Numbered from the stretch's first letter, positions 36,335-46,430 are shown. The stretch: DNA of 64,000 bases from Candidatus Riflebacteria bacterium HGW-Riflebacteria-1 (GCA_002839445.1 PGYB01000007.1:110558-174557), one strand, 5' to 3'. Notes: a model not told the origin generated them from the sequence alone. Made by a program: numbers and translations.

Positions 36335-37930
36335 ATGTTTGATATTTCATGGATAAATCCGGGCGGCGGCAGTATAAGCAAAGAGTCGCTGCAGCGCGAA
36401 AACAGCATGCTTAAACGGCAGATTCAGGAGCTTCTGACTCTTGATGAAACCGGCTTCTTCATTGAACTTGATTCACTGCTTAAGGCCATACTCAAAAAGG
36501 CTCTGGTTCTATGCAAGGCCGAGTCTTCGTTTTTTTCATTATCAGGGAAAGACCCGGCTGAACTTGATGTGCGCATCAGCAACCTGATTCTCGAAGAGAA
36601 GATGGTGAAGATCCGTCAGCAGTTCAAGCTGGAATACGTGCGCTGGCAAGAATCAGAAGCAGAAATGATTACCATTGAAGATTTCATTCTGCTGCCACTG
36701 GTGCGCCGGCATCGCATGCTCGGGGTTATTGGCCTGAGGCTGACTCCTGACGCGCCTGATAATATCTGTGAGATTCTGCCGATTCTGGCGGCGCAGGCGG
36801 CAGCTTCGCTCGAGAGCGCAATCCTTTATGAGCGCATGTTCAAGCGCCTGCTGGTGTTGAGTAACGTTTTTATTCTTGGCAAGGAAATCGTTTCGAACAT
36901 CGAATTGCAGCCGCTGGTCGAAAAGTTTCTGTCGATAGCCTGTGATGGCACTGACAGCGACGTAGCCTGTATTTTCCTGGTGTATGAAAAAGATGACCAG
37001 CCTTATTATTCATATCTTAAATCGACAGACTCTTCACTGAAGTTTGCCGAAGACTGCGCCAATGGCTACACGTCACTGATTCGCTCTGTTCGCGAAGATG
37101 AAAAGCATCGTATTATTAACGAACTTGCCAGCAGCGAATTCAGTCAGAGCGAGGCCGGCAAGGTCGCGGGAATTGTTCTGAGAGACACTCTCGTGCTTCC
37201 TCTCAAGCCACGCGATCGCCTGCTTGGCGTAATACAGGTCGCCAACAAGCGCGGCAATTTTTCCTACCGCCCCGAAGATCTTGATCTGCTCAAGATTCTC
37301 GGCAGTCAGGTTGCGTTTGTCATACAGAATGCTGATCTATTTAAAAATCTGCAGCGCGCGTATATCGATACCCTTTCGGCTCTTACCAGCGCGATTGACG
37401 CCAAAGACAGTTACACGCGCGGCCATTCTGAGAGGGTAACCGAGTTATCGATCAAGCTGGCGATCGACTACGGAATTGCGCCCGATGAAGTTGAAAAGAT
37501 AAAACTGGGCGGCCTGCTGCATGATATTGGCAAAATCGGTATTCATGAGGGCATTTTGAACAAGCCCGGCCGCCTCGACGATCAGGAGTTTGAGATAATC
37601 AAGTCACACCCCGATCTAGGCGTGCGCATCATGGGCAAAGTCGAGTTTCTTGAGTCGATTGTGCCGATTATCAAATTTCATCACGAGCGTTATGACGGTA
37701 AGGGTTATCCGTCTGGCTTGAGCGGTGAAGACATACCACTGCTTGCCCGAATTGTCAGCGTCGTTGATACTTTTGATGCAATGACCACCGATCGCCCTTA
37801 TCGCAAGGCGATGACTATTGAGGCTGCGCTTGCCGAGATCGAGCGCTGTGCCGGCAGTCAGTTTGATCCTGCGATTGCTGCGCATTTTGTCAGCATGGTA
37901 AAACGAGAAAACGAGCAAACACAAGCATGA
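36335..37930 (+). CDS. GAF-domain HD-GYP phosphodiesterase
   Basis: Two GAF-like regions, then LHDIGKIGI...FHHERYDGKGYPSGL (HD-GYP). The start is uncertain: ATG at 36335, with alternatives upstream. Confidence 0.75.
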   Translation: MFDISWINPGGGSISKESLQRENSMLKRQIQELLTLDETGFFIELDSLLKAILKKALVLCKAESSFFSLSGKDPAELDVRISNLILEEKMVKIRQQFKLEYVRWQESEAEMITIEDFILLPLVRRHRMLGVIGLRLTPDAPDNICEILPILAAQAAASLESAILYERMFKRLLVLSNVFILGKEIVSNIELQPLVEKFLSIACDGTDSDVACIFLVYEKDDQPYYSYLKSTDSSLKFAEDCANGYTSLIRSVREDEKHRIINELASSEFSQSEAGKVAGIVLRDTLVLPLKPRDRLLGVIQVANKRGNFSYRPEDLDLLKILGSQVAFVIQNADLFKNLQRAYIDTLSALTSAIDAKDSYTRGHSERVTELSIKLAIDYGIAPDEVEKIKLGGLLHDIGKIGIHEGILNKPGRLDDQEFEIIKSHPDLGVRIMGKVEFLESIVPIIKFHHERYDGKGYPSGLSGEDIPLLARIVSVVDTFDAMTTDRPYRKAMTIEAALAEIERCAGSQFDPAIAAHFVSMVKRENEQTQA

Positions 37931-40485
37931 AATTTTTGCGTGATTCAAGGCTCCCTGAGCGCATACTGGTCTTTATTACCGTTCTGGCCATCAGCAGCTT
38001 TGCCTATTATTTTACGGTAGCTGAAGTCGAGGAAATCGAAGACCGCTTCGATAATCGTCGCGTAATGCTGGTTAAAATGCTGGCGCATGAAGTCGTCGAC
38101 CTGCTCGATCGTCGTCTCGACTTGTCACCGCGCTTGTCCAACCTTCTGGCCGAAGAGGCAATTGCTTACGCTGCGGTTCAGCAGGCCGATGGCGCGCTGC
38201 TGGCCCGTGCCGAGAACTACTCGATGCCGGTAGGGGTGCTCGAAAAAATCGAAGAAGAAGCGCTTAAAACACCTCATCTCAAGCTGATTCCATTTAAAGA
38301 TACCTCGCGCACGTTCTCGCTGGTTGAAGCTGCAATTCCGCTGGTTGCTGCAAACGGCAAAAAAGTCATACTTCGCGTTGGTTTTTTTAAAGAAGCCGAA
38401 GAGCAGCGTGTTTCGCAGGTTCGCTTTCGCAACACTCTGCTGTTTTCTCTGGCGCTGTTGGGGCTGGCCGCTTACTGGTTTGTCAGAAAGCATCACGCTT
38501 CGAATCTTCAGCACACTTTGCTTGGCGGGTCTGCTCTGCTTATTCTTCTGCTGTTTATGGCCTCGCGAGTCACTTTGCACGGCTGGTATGAACAAAACTG
38601 GCGCGAAACATTCATCAGGCACTCTCTATATGTTGCCAAGATGCTGGTGCCTTCGTCGCTGCGCTTTATCGACACCGGTGAAGACAAAGATCTGCGTGAG
38701 TCTACACGCATTGTTTCTACTGATGAGGGTTTCGCTTCAGTCGCTCTGATACGAGATGAGCGGGTGATATTTCACTCTGACCCGACTCTTGCCGGTGCCA
38801 GTGCTGCCGAAGACCAGAATTATCTTAAGAGTCTCAATACCGATCAGCCGGTAATATTCAAACTCGACGATCAGGATATGTTTGAAGCGCTGATACCGGT
38901 TATGAACGGGCGTTTGCGCGTCGGCACCCTCAAGGTGGGCTTGCGCGGCAGCAATCGCTACGAAGCGCTGGCAATGATTCGCGATCGTCAGGCGCTGCTG
39001 TTTCTGCTGGCACTTGCGCTGATGATGCTGCTTATGCATCTAATTTCACGGCGCATCTCGAAAGAAATTTCCTGGTTCATTCAGGCGATGGAACAGGCTA
39101 CCGCCGGCGACCTGCGCCAGAATATCTATATTGAGCGCAACGACGAATTCGGGCAGCTCGCGCATGCCTTTAACTTTATGATCATGAGTATGAAAGAGCG
39201 CGACATGGTTGGTCGCGGGCTGCAGCAGTATGTCAGCCGCAGCATTGTTGAAAGAACCCTGAAGGCCCTTTCCGGCAACGAGAAGAACGGCGAGAAACTT
39301 TTTGCCGTATCGATCTTTTTGTATTTCAGCGGCATAGATGAAGCGATTTCACGGGTAGAGGGCAGCCGTATTTTTTCTGCCGCCGAGGAGTGCTTCAATA
39401 TTCTGCGGCGCGTGGCGCAACCCGGACCAAATGTCAGTATGCAGCTGTTTCCTTCGGGAGTGCTGGTTTTGTTTACCTATCCCAGCCGCCACGATTCATT
39501 GCTCAAGACGCTTAACGTTGCCCGTCTCGCTGCGCGCGATCTCGGCAGGCGCCAGGATCTGCCATTTTCCCCTAAACTGACTCTGCATGCCATGGAAATG
39601 GTGCGCGGGCAGATTGGTGAAAGCGAAGAATCGCTGGCGATGATCGGCGATGGTTTTGGTGATTTCAGAACGCTTGCCAGGGTTCAAGACAGCGACGAAG
39701 TGCTGGCCAGCCTCGAAATCAATCTGTTGCTGAAAGATGTGCTCAACTTTGATGAGCTTGAAGTGTTGTCGACCGAACAGGGGCGCATGAACGCTTATGT
39801 CGTCGGCAATTTTAAAGAGATTGTCGACCTTGTTGCTATTTTCCCGACTGCCACCTCCTGGACCAAAATCATGATTTTGCGCATTCTCAAGGCGTCTACC
39901 GAACTGGTCTCGCCTGAGACTTTGTTTGAATGGTTCAAAGATGCCGATGCCGACGTTCGTTACCATGTAATGGACGTAATCGAGCGGATTGCCGCCGACA
40001 AGGTGCGCAGTTTTGTCGAAAATGCGGTTAACACCGAGGCAGACTCGCGAGTGTTGTCGCGGTCTATTGCGGTTCTCGGCAAGGTTGGCAGCGAAGACCA
40101 CATTGCTGTTCTAACCGAAAAACTTCGTTCTGCTGACCGCCGTGTCAAGGCAAACGCCGTTGAGGCGCTCGAAGCAATCGGTGGCAAGCGTGTTTATGAA
40201 TTTCTCAATCTGCTGGTTGATGAGCAGGACAACCGGGTAAAGGCCAACATTCTCATCGCTCTCGGCAAATATGGCGATCTGAAGGTGTTTGAGCTGTTGA
40301 CGCGAATGATCAAGGATCCCGAGAACAACATGCGGGCTTCAGCCGCCTATGCTCTGGGCCGCCTCGGAATGGCGCAGGGGGTTGAGCCGCTGATCGGTGC
40401 TTTGTCAGACAAAGACCCCATGGTGCGGCGTCAGGTGGTTGCATCTTTAACCGCTCTTAAAGCTGATCTGGATATAGAAGTATAG
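37927..40485 (+). CDS. Membrane sensor protein: 2 TM / HAMP / degenerate class-III cyclase-homology domain / HEAT (PBS-lyase-type) repeats
   Basis: ATG overlaps the upstream stop (ATGA). HAMP region RQNIYIERNDEFGQLAHAFNFMIMSMKER. Cyclase-like block KLFAVSIFLYFSGIDE...RGQIGESEESLAMIGDGFGD lacks the metal-binding Asp. C-terminal repeats EALEAIGGKRVYEFL / ALGKYGDLKVFELL / ALGRLGMAQGVEPL. Confidence 0.55.
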   Translation: MKFLRDSRLPERILVFITVLAISSFAYYFTVAEVEEIEDRFDNRRVMLVKMLAHEVVDLLDRRLDLSPRLSNLLAEEAIAYAAVQQADGALLARAENYSMPVGVLEKIEEEALKTPHLKLIPFKDTSRTFSLVEAAIPLVAANGKKVILRVGFFKEAEEQRVSQVRFRNTLLFSLALLGLAAYWFVRKHHASNLQHTLLGGSALLILLLFMASRVTLHGWYEQNWRETFIRHSLYVAKMLVPSSLRFIDTGEDKDLRESTRIVSTDEGFASVALIRDERVIFHSDPTLAGASAAEDQNYLKSLNTDQPVIFKLDDQDMFEALIPVMNGRLRVGTLKVGLRGSNRYEALAMIRDRQALLFLLALALMMLLMHLISRRISKEISWFIQAMEQATAGDLRQNIYIERNDEFGQLAHAFNFMIMSMKERDMVGRGLQQYVSRSIVERTLKALSGNEKNGEKLFAVSIFLYFSGIDEAISRVEGSRIFSAAEECFNILRRVAQPGPNVSMQLFPSGVLVLFTYPSRHDSLLKTLNVARLAARDLGRRQDLPFSPKLTLHAMEMVRGQIGESEESLAMIGDGFGDFRTLARVQDSDEVLASLEINLLLKDVLNFDELEVLSTEQGRMNAYVVGNFKEIVDLVAIFPTATSWTKIMILRILKASTELVSPETLFEWFKDADADVRYHVMDVIERIAADKVRSFVENAVNTEADSRVLSRSIAVLGKVGSEDHIAVLTEKLRSADRRVKANAVEALEAIGGKRVYEFLNLLVDEQDNRVKANILIALGKYGDLKVFELLTRMIKDPENNMRASAAYALGRLGMAQGVEPLIGALSDKDPMVRRQVVASLTALKADLDIEV

Positions 40486-40567
40486 AATTCCTGTCATATG
40501 TATCTGGCAACTGACAGGTTTGACTGCAGACTAAGCGTCTGCGTTTAACAAGAGAAGGAGTCATGCA

Positions 40568-41857
40568 ATGGATTTTAAGGAAGCCTATGCAAAGGGAACC
40601 GAAGCGCTAAAAGAAAATCGTCTGGAAGAGGCGAGAAGCCTGCTTGAGACTGCTCTCAAACTCAAACCCAACGATATTTACACCATGAACAAGCTGGCCA
40701 TGGTATTGAAAGAGCAGGGCGAATTTACTGCTGCCGAAGAGCTGCTCGCCGGCTGTCTTGAAGTAAAAAAAGAAGACCTCTATACAAATTATCTGCTCGG
40801 CAACACTTATCTTGAGCAGGGCGATGTCGACAAGGCAATTGAGACTCTGGAAAAGACAGTCAAAATGAACCCTTCTGACCGTTACGCGGTCAACTCTCTG
40901 GCTCTCGCCTATCGTATGAAGCGTGATTACGAAAAGTGCATCGAAATCCTGGAAAAGTCGCTGCAGAGCAATCCCAATGATATGTACAACAAGGTCAGTC
41001 TCGCGACTGTCATGTTCGAGATCGGCGATGCGCCGGCGGCAGTGCGCCTGGCAAAAGAGATCCTGAAAAAAGAAGCAAACAACGTTTCGGCGCTGGTTCT
41101 GCTTGGTCGTATCTCTATTGAAGAGGGGTCATATGTGACCGCACAGGGGCATTTTAACCAGGTTCTGTCGATAGACGCCAACAACAGTGAAGCGCACTAT
41201 TATATCGGGCGCATCTGCCTTGAGACTTCTACGCTTGAGGCCGCCAGAGAGCATTTCAGCGCCGCACTGCAGTATGATGCCGACAAGGTTTCGATTCTCA
41301 AGAATCTCGGCATGATTTTTCTCGACAAGGGCATGTACAGCGAGGCTGAAGAGCAGTTCGCCATGGCGGTGAATCTCAGTCCTGATGACGCGTTTGTGCT
41401 GAGTAATATGGGCAAGCTGCTGGTGCTGCAGGGGCGCCTTGACGATGGCATCATCTATCTCAAGAAGGCTATCGAAGTGCAGTCGGACTACGCTTTCGCC
41501 TATTACAACCTCGGCAAGGCTTATCAGGAAAAACGTGATTTTCCAAATGCCATTTATAACCTGATGTTCGCGTTGAATTTTGAACCTGATGATGTTTACG
41601 CGATAAATGTGCTTGGCAGAATGTTCTTAGATGTCGGCCTAAACGACAGGGCTTTGCGGACATTTGACCAGGTTCTGTCTGAATTTGACGCAGAAGACCG
41701 CTACGCAATGCTTGGCAAGTCAGATGCGCTCGAAGCCATGGGCCAGGCTCCCCGCGCCAAAGAAGTGCTGATGCAGCTTAAAAAAATTGCCGGTGCTGAT
41801 AAACTTCTCGTCGAAAAGATCGAAGGCCGGGTAACCCGCATGAACAAAAAGGGCTGA
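40568..41857 (+). CDS. Tetratricopeptide repeat protein
   Basis: AAGGAG Shine-Dalgarno. About 11 TPR units (AxxxxGxxYxxxGxxxxAxxxxxxAL pattern). Confidence 0.75.
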   Translation: MDFKEAYAKGTEALKENRLEEARSLLETALKLKPNDIYTMNKLAMVLKEQGEFTAAEELLAGCLEVKKEDLYTNYLLGNTYLEQGDVDKAIETLEKTVKMNPSDRYAVNSLALAYRMKRDYEKCIEILEKSLQSNPNDMYNKVSLATVMFEIGDAPAAVRLAKEILKKEANNVSALVLLGRISIEEGSYVTAQGHFNQVLSIDANNSEAHYYIGRICLETSTLEAAREHFSAALQYDADKVSILKNLGMIFLDKGMYSEAEEQFAMAVNLSPDDAFVLSNMGKLLVLQGRLDDGIIYLKKAIEVQSDYAFAYYNLGKAYQEKRDFPNAIYNLMFALNFEPDDVYAINVLGRMFLDVGLNDRALRTFDQVLSEFDAEDRYAMLGKSDALEAMGQAPRAKEVLMQLKKIAGADKLLVEKIEGRVTRMNKKG

Positions 41858-41860
41858 GCC

Positions 41861-42760
41861 GTGCTTAAAAGATTCAACCTGACTGTGCCTGTTGACCTCG
41901 AAGAACCGCTGCTCGGGCTGGCTGACCGTCTTGGTCTTTCGGCTTTTTCCAGCCCGCAGATTCGTGATGCCGTCGGAAAAGGCGAGACCGATTTTATTTT
42001 GACCGGCGAAACCATTGTCAGCTTTATCGCATCGACAGTTGAGCAGGATACAGCGGCAATCGAAGCCGAAATCGTCGCCTGGCTCAAGGATTTTGCGCTG
42101 GCACCGGCCTGTCTGAACTGCGAAGAATACGCCGACAACCAGGACTGGATGCTGGGCTTTCGTGAGCATTTCAAACCGATGCGCGTCGGCGACTCGATCA
42201 TTATCCGGCCACCCTGGGCAGAACCTCTGCCCGACGAAGACAGCGCGACCACGATACTCATTGATCCCGGCATGGCTTTTGGCACCGGGACTCACGAGAC
42301 TACCAGGCTCTGTCTCGAACTGCTCGAGCCCTTGAATCTGGCCGGGAGTTATTTTCTTGATATTGGTGCCGGCAGCGGTATTCTGGCATTTTACATGATG
42401 AAACGTGGTGCCAGCGGTGGTATCGCCGTTGAAATCGAGGGCGCGGCCGTCGAGAACATGAGAAAAAATGCGGCGCTGAACGGAATCTCTGATCGTCTGC
42501 AGATGTTGTGTGCCGATCTGGCAAGCTTCTCGCCGTCATTGCCGGCTGAAGGGCTTATCGCCAACATCACTTCGCCGGTTATTATCGAATATCTGCCGCT
42601 GATGTCGCAATGGGTGCGTTCCGGCTCATGGGGCGTTTTTTCAGGTGTTAACTCAACGAATGCTGATTCGGTTAAACAGGCTTTTGCCGCGAATGGCTGG
42701 CGCCTGGTCAACGAGATAACCGACGGCGACTGGCATGGCTTTTTCCTCAATCGCATTTGA
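41861..42760 (+). CDS. prmA: Ribosomal protein L11 methyltransferase
   Basis: GTG start. FKPMRVGDSIIIRPPWA...IDPGMAFGTGTHETTRLCLELLE...LDIGAGSGILA are PrmA signatures. Confidence 0.88.
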   Translation: MLKRFNLTVPVDLEEPLLGLADRLGLSAFSSPQIRDAVGKGETDFILTGETIVSFIASTVEQDTAAIEAEIVAWLKDFALAPACLNCEEYADNQDWMLGFREHFKPMRVGDSIIIRPPWAEPLPDEDSATTILIDPGMAFGTGTHETTRLCLELLEPLNLAGSYFLDIGAGSGILAFYMMKRGASGGIAVEIEGAAVENMRKNAALNGISDRLQMLCADLASFSPSLPAEGLIANITSPVIIEYLPLMSQWVRSGSWGVFSGVNSTNADSVKQAFAANGWRLVNEITDGDWHGFFLNRI

Positions 42761-42830
42761 AAAGCATTTGAACAGTATTTGAAGTAGCAGCAAAAGTAGC
42801 GTAAAGGCAGAAGTAGTGTAAAAAAGACAT

Positions 42831-42867
42831 AAAAAAAGGCCCAGGTCCTGAGACCTGGGCTTTTTTT
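42831..42867. terminator. Bidirectional rho-independent terminator
   Basis: A7-GGCCCAGGTC-ctga-GACCTGGGC-T7 between convergent prmA and 42875 (-). Confidence 0.85.
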
Positions 42868-42874
42868 ACGTAAG

Positions 42875-43786
42875 CTACTTCGAATTGCTCTGGCGAAGGA
42901 GAGTTACGTAGCGGTTGTATGCTTCACGATAGTCATTGAGAGCGGTCTGAGTATCGGTGCGAAGCAGGTTAGATCTGAGTTCCTCATCGGGGTTTTCGCT
43001 GCCGCCGATATTGGTAACCATGTTAATGTACTTGTTGTAGGCCTTGATGTATGCAGCATGAGCGCTTTTCAGCTCAGTTGAAGCATTGGCTGTCGGAGCG
43101 GGTTCGACTGAAGCGGTGACTGGTACGGTAGAAGCTACCGGGGCAGCTGCTGCAGATACCGGGATTTCGGCCGCTGGAGCCACACTTACCATCGGTGCGC
43201 CAACATTAGGACTTACAACAATTTCACTTGAAGGAGCAGAAACTGATACTGTGGGCAGTTTGTTGCTGTTGCCGATGGTCTGGTTCTGGCGTTTGTAGCG
43301 TTTCCACAAGAGATAGCCAACTACAGCTGCACCAACCAGGCACAGGGCCGGGATAAACAACGGGCTGCCAATGATGCCACCGACGAAACCGGCGATTCCT
43401 GAGAACACACTGCCGATTGCTCCACCGATTGCACCGAGAGCGCCTGCTACGAAGCCGCCTGCTGCACTGATGCCGCCCCAGATAGTAGCGCCAATTCCGG
43501 CTAAGCCGACTCCGGCTCCTGCTACTGCTGCTGTTGCTCCACCAGCGATGCCTGCTACTGATCCAGATGCAAATCCTACTGCGCTTGCAATGTATGGAGC
43601 TGCGAGAACCGCACCACCTACTGCTGCAACGCCAGCAAGAGCTGACTTAACTGGATTGTTCTTAACCGAATCTTTGATCTTCGAAAACAGACTTGCATTG
43701 GCAGTAACTGCTCCGAAGGCCGTCATGAACATGACTACGGCTAAGGTTGTTGCGAGAATTTTCATGAAACTACGTTTCAACCTCAT
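42875..43786 (-). CDS. Glycine-zipper membrane protein with Tyr-rich C-terminal domain (paralog of 4363..5136)
   Basis: AAGGAGGG Shine-Dalgarno then ATG at 43784-43786. Signal or TM segment MKILATTLAVVMFMTAFGAVTANA. Long Gly/Ala zipper. C-terminal motif AYIKAYNKYINM...YREAYNRYVTLL. Confidence 0.65.
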   Translation of the reverse strand: MRLKRSFMKILATTLAVVMFMTAFGAVTANASLFSKIKDSVKNNPVKSALAGVAAVGGAVLAAPYIASAVGFASGSVAGIAGGATAAVAGAGVGLAGIGATIWGGISAAGGFVAGALGAIGGAIGSVFSGIAGFVGGIIGSPLFIPALCLVGAAVVGYLLWKRYKRQNQTIGNSNKLPTVSVSAPSSEIVVSPNVGAPMVSVAPAAEIPVSAAAAPVASTVPVTASVEPAPTANASTELKSAHAAYIKAYNKYINMVTNIGGSENPDEELRSNLLRTDTQTALNDYREAYNRYVTLLRQSNSK

Positions 43787-43910
43787 AATGTCCCTCCTTA
43801 AAGGATCTGAACCAAAAAGAAACTTGATCCTTCCTCCTTTCGAAAATGTGAAATAATTAGGGTAGGTAGGTAACACGCTGATACTCGGGTAAGTATCGGG
43901 TATTAAAAGA

Positions 43911-43934
43911 AGCTCCGCTCGGGTAAGCGGAGCT
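43911..43934 (-). terminator. Possible terminator hairpin for the gene 44082..44849
   Basis: AGCTCCGC-tcgggtaa-GCGGAGCT stem, with T-rich flanks on both strands. The orientation is ambiguous. Confidence 0.3.
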
Positions 43935-44081
43935 CCAGTTTTCGTTATTCTGTACCGAACGTCAAACGAATTTGCGTTCTAGATACGCTTGTTTACTGGA
44001 TTCCGTTAGGTTTTTCAAAGACCTGCTTACATCTTGCTTTAGATTATAAGAATGGAATCCCGAAGCGTCAAGGTACCTTTA

Positions 44082-44849
44082 TTATTTTGTCAACCCCATG
44101 GTGAGACTGAGGTTCATGCGAGTTTCGATTTTTTCTTTCTTGCCGGCGCCGAGGTCATTTTCCATTACCATGAGCATGTTGGAAGTAACTTCGTTCTTGA
44201 TCATGATGCCTTTTTTGTAGGCGAACCAGATGTTGCCGGTGGCTTTAACATCGAGGTTGATGCTGCCAGCTGCGCCCTGAGCGGTAGAAACGTCTGACTG
44301 CAGTTTAACACAGTCTTCGCCGCCGACTTTTTCAAAGCCCATAACGGTGTATTTAACGTTCATCGGGATCGGGAGCTGCGGATTAGCCGGAATATTAGAA
44401 GTCCAGCTTTCGCCCACGCCTACTGGCTTGGCGGGGAATTTGATCTGCATCTGGTTGAAGTTGCCACCCTGCTGATCCATGCCGGTTGAAGACAGGATTT
44501 CGCCGTTCTTAGCCATTTTCACACTGATGATCTGGCCAATGTTGGGGAGCTGTGTGGGGGTGTTGTTTACAGTGATAGTGCCATCGAGAATCGTGGTAGC
44601 CATATCGACGTTGCCGTCTTTGTCGACGCCGGTTACCTTCTGCTCAATTGTCATGGCAGTTTCGAGGTTGGTTCTCTGGGCTCTCTGGTAAGCAGTGACA
44701 ATGGTATTGCCACGGATATTCATCTTGTATTTGGCGGTAGTGCCGGCAGCCGGGTTGTACTGCAGGAGGACCTTCTCCTGGGCTGTGGCAGTAAAAGCCA
44801 CCGAGACAAGAACCAGAACGCTCAGAATAATCGAGATACGTTTCAACAT
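44082..44849 (-). CDS. Secreted hypothetical protein
   Basis: Signal peptide MLKRISIILSVLVLVSVAFTATA. Beta-rich, Thr/Asn/Gly-rich mature part. Confidence 0.5.
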   Translation of the reverse strand: MLKRISIILSVLVLVSVAFTATAQEKVLLQYNPAAGTTAKYKMNIRGNTIVTAYQRAQRTNLETAMTIEQKVTGVDKDGNVDMATTILDGTITVNNTPTQLPNIGQIISVKMAKNGEILSSTGMDQQGGNFNQMQIKFPAKPVGVGESWTSNIPANPQLPIPMNVKYTVMGFEKVGGEDCVKLQSDVSTAQGAAGSINLDVKATGNIWFAYKKGIMIKNEVTSNMLMVMENDLGAGKKEKIETRMNLSLTMGLTK

Positions 44850-45186
44850 TTAAACAAGTCTCCTTTCGCGAATCCATGAAGGGTGTCTACAATTTCGTCT
44901 TCAAGAGGCCGTTGTCTGTACCGCAAGCGGCACCAACAATCTGCCCGTAGCATGACATTAGCATAGTGCCTATACTGTGTCAAGTATTCCCATATTTAAT
45001 TATTTTCATTGGGATGTCCAGTAAAAGAAAATATTGCTGCGCAGCGGGCTTGTGAGATGACTGGTCAAAGTTGTTTAAATAAGTTATAATATGCAAAATC
45101 ACACATAAGGAAGCAGTCCCCTGAGTCAGCGAACCGAATTCGACCCCAGCTATTTCGAAGGTGTCTATTTCGAAAAACGTGTCTGG

Positions 45187-45537
45187 GTGCCATCTGCCAA
45201 AATTTCTAATTATCTGATGATGTTTACCCGTTTATACATTGGAGAAAATGACGACCTTGGCAAGTCTTCATTCAGAGATATAATAGTCACTCTCTCTGAG
45301 AGCGAGCTGGTGCCACGCACTCTTGTATTCTGGAACAATGCGGTCAAAGCCTGTGTTGAAGGAAGTCCTCTTGTGGCGACCATCAATAAGATAGAGAGAC
45401 TGGGTGTCAGGGTTCTGGTGGCCGGGCATGCACTCGACAAGCTCAATCTCAAAGCTGAAATGCGCGCCGGAAAGCTGGCCAACCACTTTGATCTGCTCGA
45501 TGCCATCAACCAGGTACAAAAAGTCGTAACTTTTTGA
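45187..45537 (+). CDS. DsrE/DsrF-like (YedF C-domain-like) small protein
   Basis: GTG start. IVTLSESELVPRTLVFWNNAVKAC...GVRVLVAGHALDKLNL resembles the DsrE/DsrF-like fold. The start is uncertain. Confidence 0.4.
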   Translation: MPSAKISNYLMMFTRLYIGENDDLGKSSFRDIIVTLSESELVPRTLVFWNNAVKACVEGSPLVATINKIERLGVRVLVAGHALDKLNLKAEMRAGKLANHFDLLDAINQVQKVVTF

Positions 45538-45607
45538 GAAAAAAGCGTACATTTTTTGTTGACACCCTGAAAAGTTAATGTTAGTATCAATGACGTCATC
45601 TCGACAA

Positions 45608-45680
45608 GGGCGCTTAGCTCAGTTGGAAGAGCTCCTGGTTTACACCCAGGTGGTCGGCGGTTCGAGCCCGTCAGCGCCCA
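45608..45680 (+). tRNA. tRNA-Val (anticodon TAC)
   Basis: GGGCGCT..CCTGG-TTTACAC-CCAGG..GGTTCGAGCCC..AGCGCCCA. Confidence 0.85.
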
Positions 45681-45689
45681 TAGAAACTA

Positions 45690-45764
45690 GGATCGGTAGT
45701 TCAGTCGGTTTAGAACGCCGCCCTGTCACGGCGGAGGCCGCGGGTTCGAGTCCCGTCCGATCCG
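45690..45764 (+). tRNA. tRNA-Asp (anticodon GTC), copy 1
   Basis: GGATCGG..CCGCC-CTGTCAC-GGCGG..GGTTCGAGTCCC..CCGATCCG. Confidence 0.85.
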
Positions 45765-45778
45765 TTCTAGTTTTAAAA

Positions 45779-45851
<73 letters not shown>

Positions 45852-45863
45852 TTTATTTTGCCC

Positions 45864-45934
45864 GGCGGCATAGCCAAGTGGTAAGGCGAAGGTCTGCAAA
45901 ACCTTTATTCATCGGTTCAAATCCGATTGCCGCC
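45864..45934 (+). tRNA. tRNA-Cys (anticodon GCA)
   Basis: GGCGGCA..AAGGT-CTGCAAA-ACCTT..GGTTCAAATCC..TGCCGCCT. Confidence 0.85.
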
Positions 45935-45994
45935 TTGTGAAGGCGTTTTATGCCTTCCCCAACAGGCTCTCCAAACGGTAAGCCTTTCATATAA

Positions 45995-46069
45995 GGATCG
46001 GTAGTTCAGTCGGTTTAGAACGCCGCCCTGTCACGGCGGAGGCCGCGGGTTCGAGTCCCGTCCGATCCG
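45995..46069 (+). tRNA. tRNA-Asp (anticodon GTC), copy 2 (identical to copy 1)
   Basis: An exact repeat of the 75-nt tRNA-Asp sequence, 230 nt downstream of copy 1. Confidence 0.85.
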
Positions 46070-46073
46070 ATCA

Positions 46074-46100
46074 AAAGCCACCATGACTGGTGGCTTTTTA
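46074..46100 (+). terminator. Rho-independent terminator of the tRNA operon
   Basis: AAAGCCACC-atgact-GGTGGCTTT-TT immediately after the last tRNA. Confidence 0.8.
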
Positions 46101-46430
46101 GCATACCCTGAATGTTTCTAAGCTTAGAGCCGGCCCGCTTTTGCCATGCAGCAATGCTCCATTTGAATGCTGAAGAGTGTCCTAGAGGTATTTCGTTTTA
46201 CTTTTCCATGCATTTTCCACAGATCACGCAGATTGTTTTCGGATGCTGCAAAAAAACATATAAAAAACTCCTGAATAATCTGCGATAATCCTTTAATCTG
46301 CAGATAACTCTTCAAAAGAGCCGGTATAATTGTCGAGATTAGCTTGACCGGCGTGGGCGATCAGCAGAGTTTATTGCTGCTCCTGAATTGCTTCGCCTGG
46401 CGACTCTGCTGGTTCCTGAACTTCTGTGGG

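Noticed and set aside
46124-46315. A 63-aa minus-strand ORF in the noncoding stretch after the tRNA cluster
   Set aside because: There is no Shine-Dalgarno, no recognisable motif, and it lies in an AT-rich intergenic region. It is probably spurious.
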